Of a stretch of 64,000 bases of DNA, positions 60,513 through 64,000 are shown piece after piece. Each line of letters opens with the position of its first letter. The stretch's first letter is position 1. This DNA comes from an uncultured Acidobacteriota bacterium (GTDB lineage: Bacteria; Acidobacteriota; UBA6911), in contig CAWJKZ010000025.1 of NCBI GenBank assembly GCA_963843575.1, forward strand, positions 256,001-320,000. Reading direction: 5' to 3'. The notes under the pieces are model-generated. The model had not been told where the DNA came from. It did no database searches and worked only from the letters and a program-made list of their open reading frames with translations. A program made the translations under genes and the position numbers.

Positions 60513-60688
60513 AACACCCCTCCTTCGAGAAGCCTGGAGGCCTGTGAGAAGCCTTCGAGGTGAAAAACTGGACCAACCTCGAAGTCTCGAAGGCCTCGAA
60601 GGATCTCAAAGAAATCAGACCTCGCCCTGTTTTCCCGTGATTTTGCAGCCAAGTCTCGTCGGGGCGCAAGCTAAACCAGAGCCCTTAG

Positions 60689-60795
60689 AACGCAGATTCC
60701 GCGGATCCAACGGATTCACGCGGATCAACCGCGCCTGTCGCCAAGTCGATCTGTGGCGATCCGCGCGCATCCGCGTCCTGAAAAATACGTTGGCG
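60689..60795. repeat. repeat family A copy (no insert)
   Basis: aacgcagattccgcggatccaacggattcacgcggatc...gcgtcctgaaaaatacgttggcg. Confidence 0.8.
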
Positions 60796-60942
60796 TCCGA
60801 CTGGGCCGCCTTGGTGGGCGAGTTCCGCGAGCACTCCGGGCTGCGCCTGCCCGCGCACGTCGAAGCCGCATGGCTCCTCCCCGAAGGCGAGTTCAGGTAC
60901 TACAGGGCCGACGTGACCTCGGTGCGCCTCGAAATTCTTTGA
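60796..60942 (+). pseudogene. C-terminal gene fragment (DUF6544-like) abutting repeat A
   Basis: GLRLPAHVEAAWLLPEGEFRYYR with no start of its own. Confidence 0.5.
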
Positions 60943-61036
60943 GCCCTTCAGGGTGAGAACAAGAGCCGACCCCGAAGGCTCGAAGGGCTAAAGAATCTCA
61001 AAAGGCAGCGGTGGCCGCCATTGTAGAATGTGGCGC

Positions 61037-62293
61037 ATGCGTCTTAAAGCTGCTGTCGTCGCCCTGTTGTGCGTTTTGGTCACACTCCCCGGCGCCTTTG
61101 CCGAGGACCCGCTCGTCGCGAAGGCCCTCGCGATACACAAGCGAGCGCTCACGATCGACTCGCACGTCGATATCGCGGGCGCCGAGTACGCCACCTCCGC
61201 ACTCGACCCCGGCGCCCCGTCCACCGACATGCGCTGCGACCTCACCAAGATGGAGAAAGGGGAGCTCGACGGCGTGTTTCTGGCCGCGTTTGTGGCCCAG
61301 GGGCCGCTCGACGAGGCAGGCTACAGGAGTGCCTACGACGAGGCGATGGCGAAGTTCGAGGCGCTCCGCCGCCTTACCGGCGTGATGTACCCGGGCCGGT
61401 GCGCCTTCGCCACCACGCCCGCCGAGGTCGAACGGATCGCCGGGACCGGCAGGCGCGTCATCATGACCGGGGTGGAGAACGGTTACCCCATCGGCACCGA
61501 CCTCGCCAACATCGCCAGGTTCTACGACCTCGGCGCGCGCTACATCACGATCGCCCACAGCGGCAACAATCAGCTGGCCGATTCCTCCAGCGCCCCCGAG
61601 CCGCTGCACAACGGGCTGTCGGCCCTGGGAAAGCAGGCGGTCGCGGAGATGAACCGGCTCGGTATGATGGTCGACGTGTCGCACATCTCCGAAAAATCCT
61701 TCTGGGACATCATTGCGATCACAAAGGCGCCGGTCATCGCATCCCACTCCGGCTGCAAGGCGCTCACCGATTCCGACCGCAACCTCACCGACGCCCAGCT
61801 CCGGGCATTGGCCAAGAATGGCGGCGTCATCCAGGTGGTCGCACTCAGCAGCTATCTCAAGACCGAGGATCCCGCCAGGCGGGCGGCCGTGACCCGGCTG
61901 CGCGAGGAGTTCGGATTCGGCCGCCGCACGAGGCGCGCTGACACGCAGGCGATGACGGAGGAGCAACGCGTCGAGTTTCAGAAGAAGATCGCGCAATACC
62001 GGCAAGGGATGAAGGGCATCGACGCCAAGTTCCCATCCGCCACCCTGAAGGACTTCGTCGATCACCTCGACCACGCGGTGAAGATCGCCGGGATCGATCA
62101 CGTGGGCATCGGGACGGACTTCGACGGCGGGGGTGGCATCGCCGGGTTCAACGACGACACCGAGGCGCCGAACGTCACGATCGAATTGGTCCGGCGCGGC
62201 TACAGCGAAAAACAGATCCGGAAGATCTGGGGCGGGAACTTCCTGCGCGTCTGGCGCAAAGTGGGCCGCGTCGGCTCGACGCGCCCCTCATAA
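61037..62293 (+). CDS. membrane dipeptidase (peptidase M19)
   Basis: IDSHVD, GVENG, MMVDVSH, ASHS, RNLTD, HVGIGTDFDG, WGGNFLRV. Confidence 0.93.
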   Translation: MRLKAAVVALLCVLVTLPGAFAEDPLVAKALAIHKRALTIDSHVDIAGAEYATSALDPGAPSTDMRCDLTKMEKGELDGVFLAAFVAQGPLDEAGYRSAYDEAMAKFEALRRLTGVMYPGRCAFATTPAEVERIAGTGRRVIMTGVENGYPIGTDLANIARFYDLGARYITIAHSGNNQLADSSSAPEPLHNGLSALGKQAVAEMNRLGMMVDVSHISEKSFWDIIAITKAPVIASHSGCKALTDSDRNLTDAQLRALAKNGGVIQVVALSSYLKTEDPARRAAVTRLREEFGFGRRTRRADTQAMTEEQRVEFQKKIAQYRQGMKGIDAKFPSATLKDFVDHLDHAVKIAGIDHVGIGTDFDGGGGIAGFNDDTEAPNVTIELVRRGYSEKQIRKIWGGNFLRVWRKVGRVGSTRPS

Positions 62294-62306
62294 GCTAACC
62301 AACGCT

Positions 62307-62630
62307 CCAGGACGCGGATTTGCGCGGATGCACGCGGATTTTGACTTGGTGACAGGCCGCGCCCGGCGTTCCTCCCCGCGGGCTGCCTTTGGCACGCATC
62401 AAAGCCCGGCTCCCGCAGGAAAACGCGGACCTTGAATTGAAGCGGTAACCTTCCAACCGCGCGCTTTCCTGCGGGAGCCGGGCTTTGGTGCATCGGCGCG
62501 AAGCGCCGGCCCGCGGGGAGGAATGCCGGGCGCGGCCGATCCGCGTAAATCCGTCAAATCCGCGGAAATCCGCGTTCTGCTATGTTATTCGGAAACAGCT
62601 CCATCCCAAGAATACGTTGGCGCGTTTATG
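62307..62630. repeat. repeat family A copy with ~180-nt hairpin insert (62355-62537)
   Basis: Family A ends around nested inverted repeats ggccgcgcccggcgttcctccccgcgggc / gcccgcggggaggaatgccgggcgcggcc and caaagcccggctcccgcaggaaa / tttcctgcgggagccgggctttg. Confidence 0.75.
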
Positions 62631-62666
62631 CGAGCACCTTGCCGCCGCGTCGCGACGCCGCGGGTT

Positions 62667-63842
62667 TCAGGCCGACTGCGCCGCTGCGTCGGTCGAACAG
62701 AGCCGGAGTATTTCCGAAACCTCCCGGGGTCCGATGTCGGCGTGCTCGCCGAGCCTGGTTCCACGCTCGGCGAACCGCGCGGGTACGGCTTCCCAGCCGG
62801 ATGCGATACCGTAATGCGACAGGCGCGTCCCTACCCCGACCGAGCGGAAGAACCCTTCCGTGCGTGCGATCGCCGCGTCGATCTTCTGCTCGTCGCTCCC
62901 TTCGCGCACGCCCCAGACACGCTCGGCATACTGGATGAGCTTGCCGGCCTTGCGCGCCTTCTGGTGGCGCATGAGGGCGGGCAGTATGACCGCGAGCGTC
63001 TGCGCGTGATCGAGCCCGTAGAGCGCCGTCAGCTCGTGGCCAATCGCGTGGGTCGCCCAGTCCTGCGGCAGCCCGACCGCTATGAACCCGTTGAGCGCGG
63101 TGGTCGCCGCCCAGACCATGGTGGCGCGGGTGTCGTAATCGCGCGGCGAGGCGAGGACCTTGGGAGCGATCTCGACCAGGGTCATCAGAATGCTCTCGGC
63201 GAACCTGTCCTGCAGAGGGGCGTGCACGTCGTAGGTCAGGTATTGCTCCATCACGTGCACGAAGGCGTCCACGATGCCGTTGCTGACTTGCCGCGTGGGG
63301 AGCGAGAACATCGTTTCCGGGTCGAGGATCGAAAAAACGGGGTAGACGAGCGGGTTGCCGAATGCGAGCTTTTCGCGCGTCGAGTCGCGTGAGATCACGG
63401 CGAAGAAGTTCATCTCCGAACCGGTCGCCGCCAGGGTCAGGACCGAGCCGAACGGTACCGCCCGCGCAAACGTGGCGCCCGCTGCCAGGATGTCCCAGGG
63501 ATCGCCGGATTCGTAGGGCGCCGCCGCCGCAATGAACTTGACGCCGTCCACGACCGACCCGCCGCCGACGGCAAGTATGAAACCGACGCGCCGGGTTCGG
63601 ACGATTTCCACCGCCTTCATCAGCGTCTCGTACCGCGGATTGGGCTCGATGCCGCCGAACTCCAGCACCTCGCGGCCCACCAGGGCTCGCATGACCTGGT
63701 CGTAGACGCCGTTGGACTTGATCGAACCGCCGCCGTAGGCGAGCAGGATACGTTGTCCCGCCGGAACCAGCGACGCGAGCTGCGCAATAGAGCCCTTGCC
63801 AAAAACGATTTTTACCGGGTTGTGATAGGTGAAATTCTGCAT
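62667..63842 (-). CDS. iron-containing NADPH-dependent alcohol/aldehyde dehydrogenase (YqhD/Bdh type)
   Basis: YGGGS, GIEPNP, GGGSVVD, ATGSEMN, DWATHAIGHE, DHAQTLA. Confidence 0.93.
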   Translation of the reverse strand: MQNFTYHNPVKIVFGKGSIAQLASLVPAGQRILLAYGGGSIKSNGVYDQVMRALVGREVLEFGGIEPNPRYETLMKAVEIVRTRRVGFILAVGGGSVVDGVKFIAAAAPYESGDPWDILAAGATFARAVPFGSVLTLAATGSEMNFFAVISRDSTREKLAFGNPLVYPVFSILDPETMFSLPTRQVSNGIVDAFVHVMEQYLTYDVHAPLQDRFAESILMTLVEIAPKVLASPRDYDTRATMVWAATTALNGFIAVGLPQDWATHAIGHELTALYGLDHAQTLAVILPALMRHQKARKAGKLIQYAERVWGVREGSDEQKIDAAIARTEGFFRSVGVGTRLSHYGIASGWEAVPARFAERGTRLGEHADIGPREVSEILRLCSTDAAAQSA

Positions 63843-64000
63843 AGGGGATTAATCCTATCACGTCGGATTGCGGAGGGAGCGGGACATCTTCGAGATTCCG
63901 GGAGACCTTCGTGACTTCGAGGCGAAATCAAAAAGCCCCGGCTCGAAGTCTCGAAGGATTGCTGTCAAAAGCGGTTCTGCCTGTCGTGCTTCTCCCGGTA

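Overview
GC-rich bacterial window, most likely Acidobacteriota (Oar-type TonB receptor, ADOP permease and Ser/Thr-kinase relics, many Tat-exported enzymes). About 0.7-8.4 kb is a decayed, island-like tract with a VapBC pair and several pseudogenes. The rest is accessory metabolism (carbohydrate-use locus, molybdoenzyme, hydrolases) interspersed with at least five families of REP/MITE-like repeats. No rRNA, tRNA or CRISPR was seen. Three things stand out that the ORF track misses. (1) A probably leaderless Cys-rich leader peptide with terminator/antiterminator sits in front of a clade-D beta-carbonic anhydrase (the clade containing COS/CS2 hydrolases), suggesting cysteine-sensing attenuation. 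(2) Two genes split by an in-frame UGA at a conserved Cys position and followed by SECIS-like hairpins are candidate selenoproteins: a secreted UxxC thioredoxin/Omp28-like protein and a DedA-rhodanese fusion with CxU. (3) Several genes keep both ends but have lost their middle, and the repeats are modular, one with an inverted spacer. All product calls come from motif recognition only; no database search or folding program was run.
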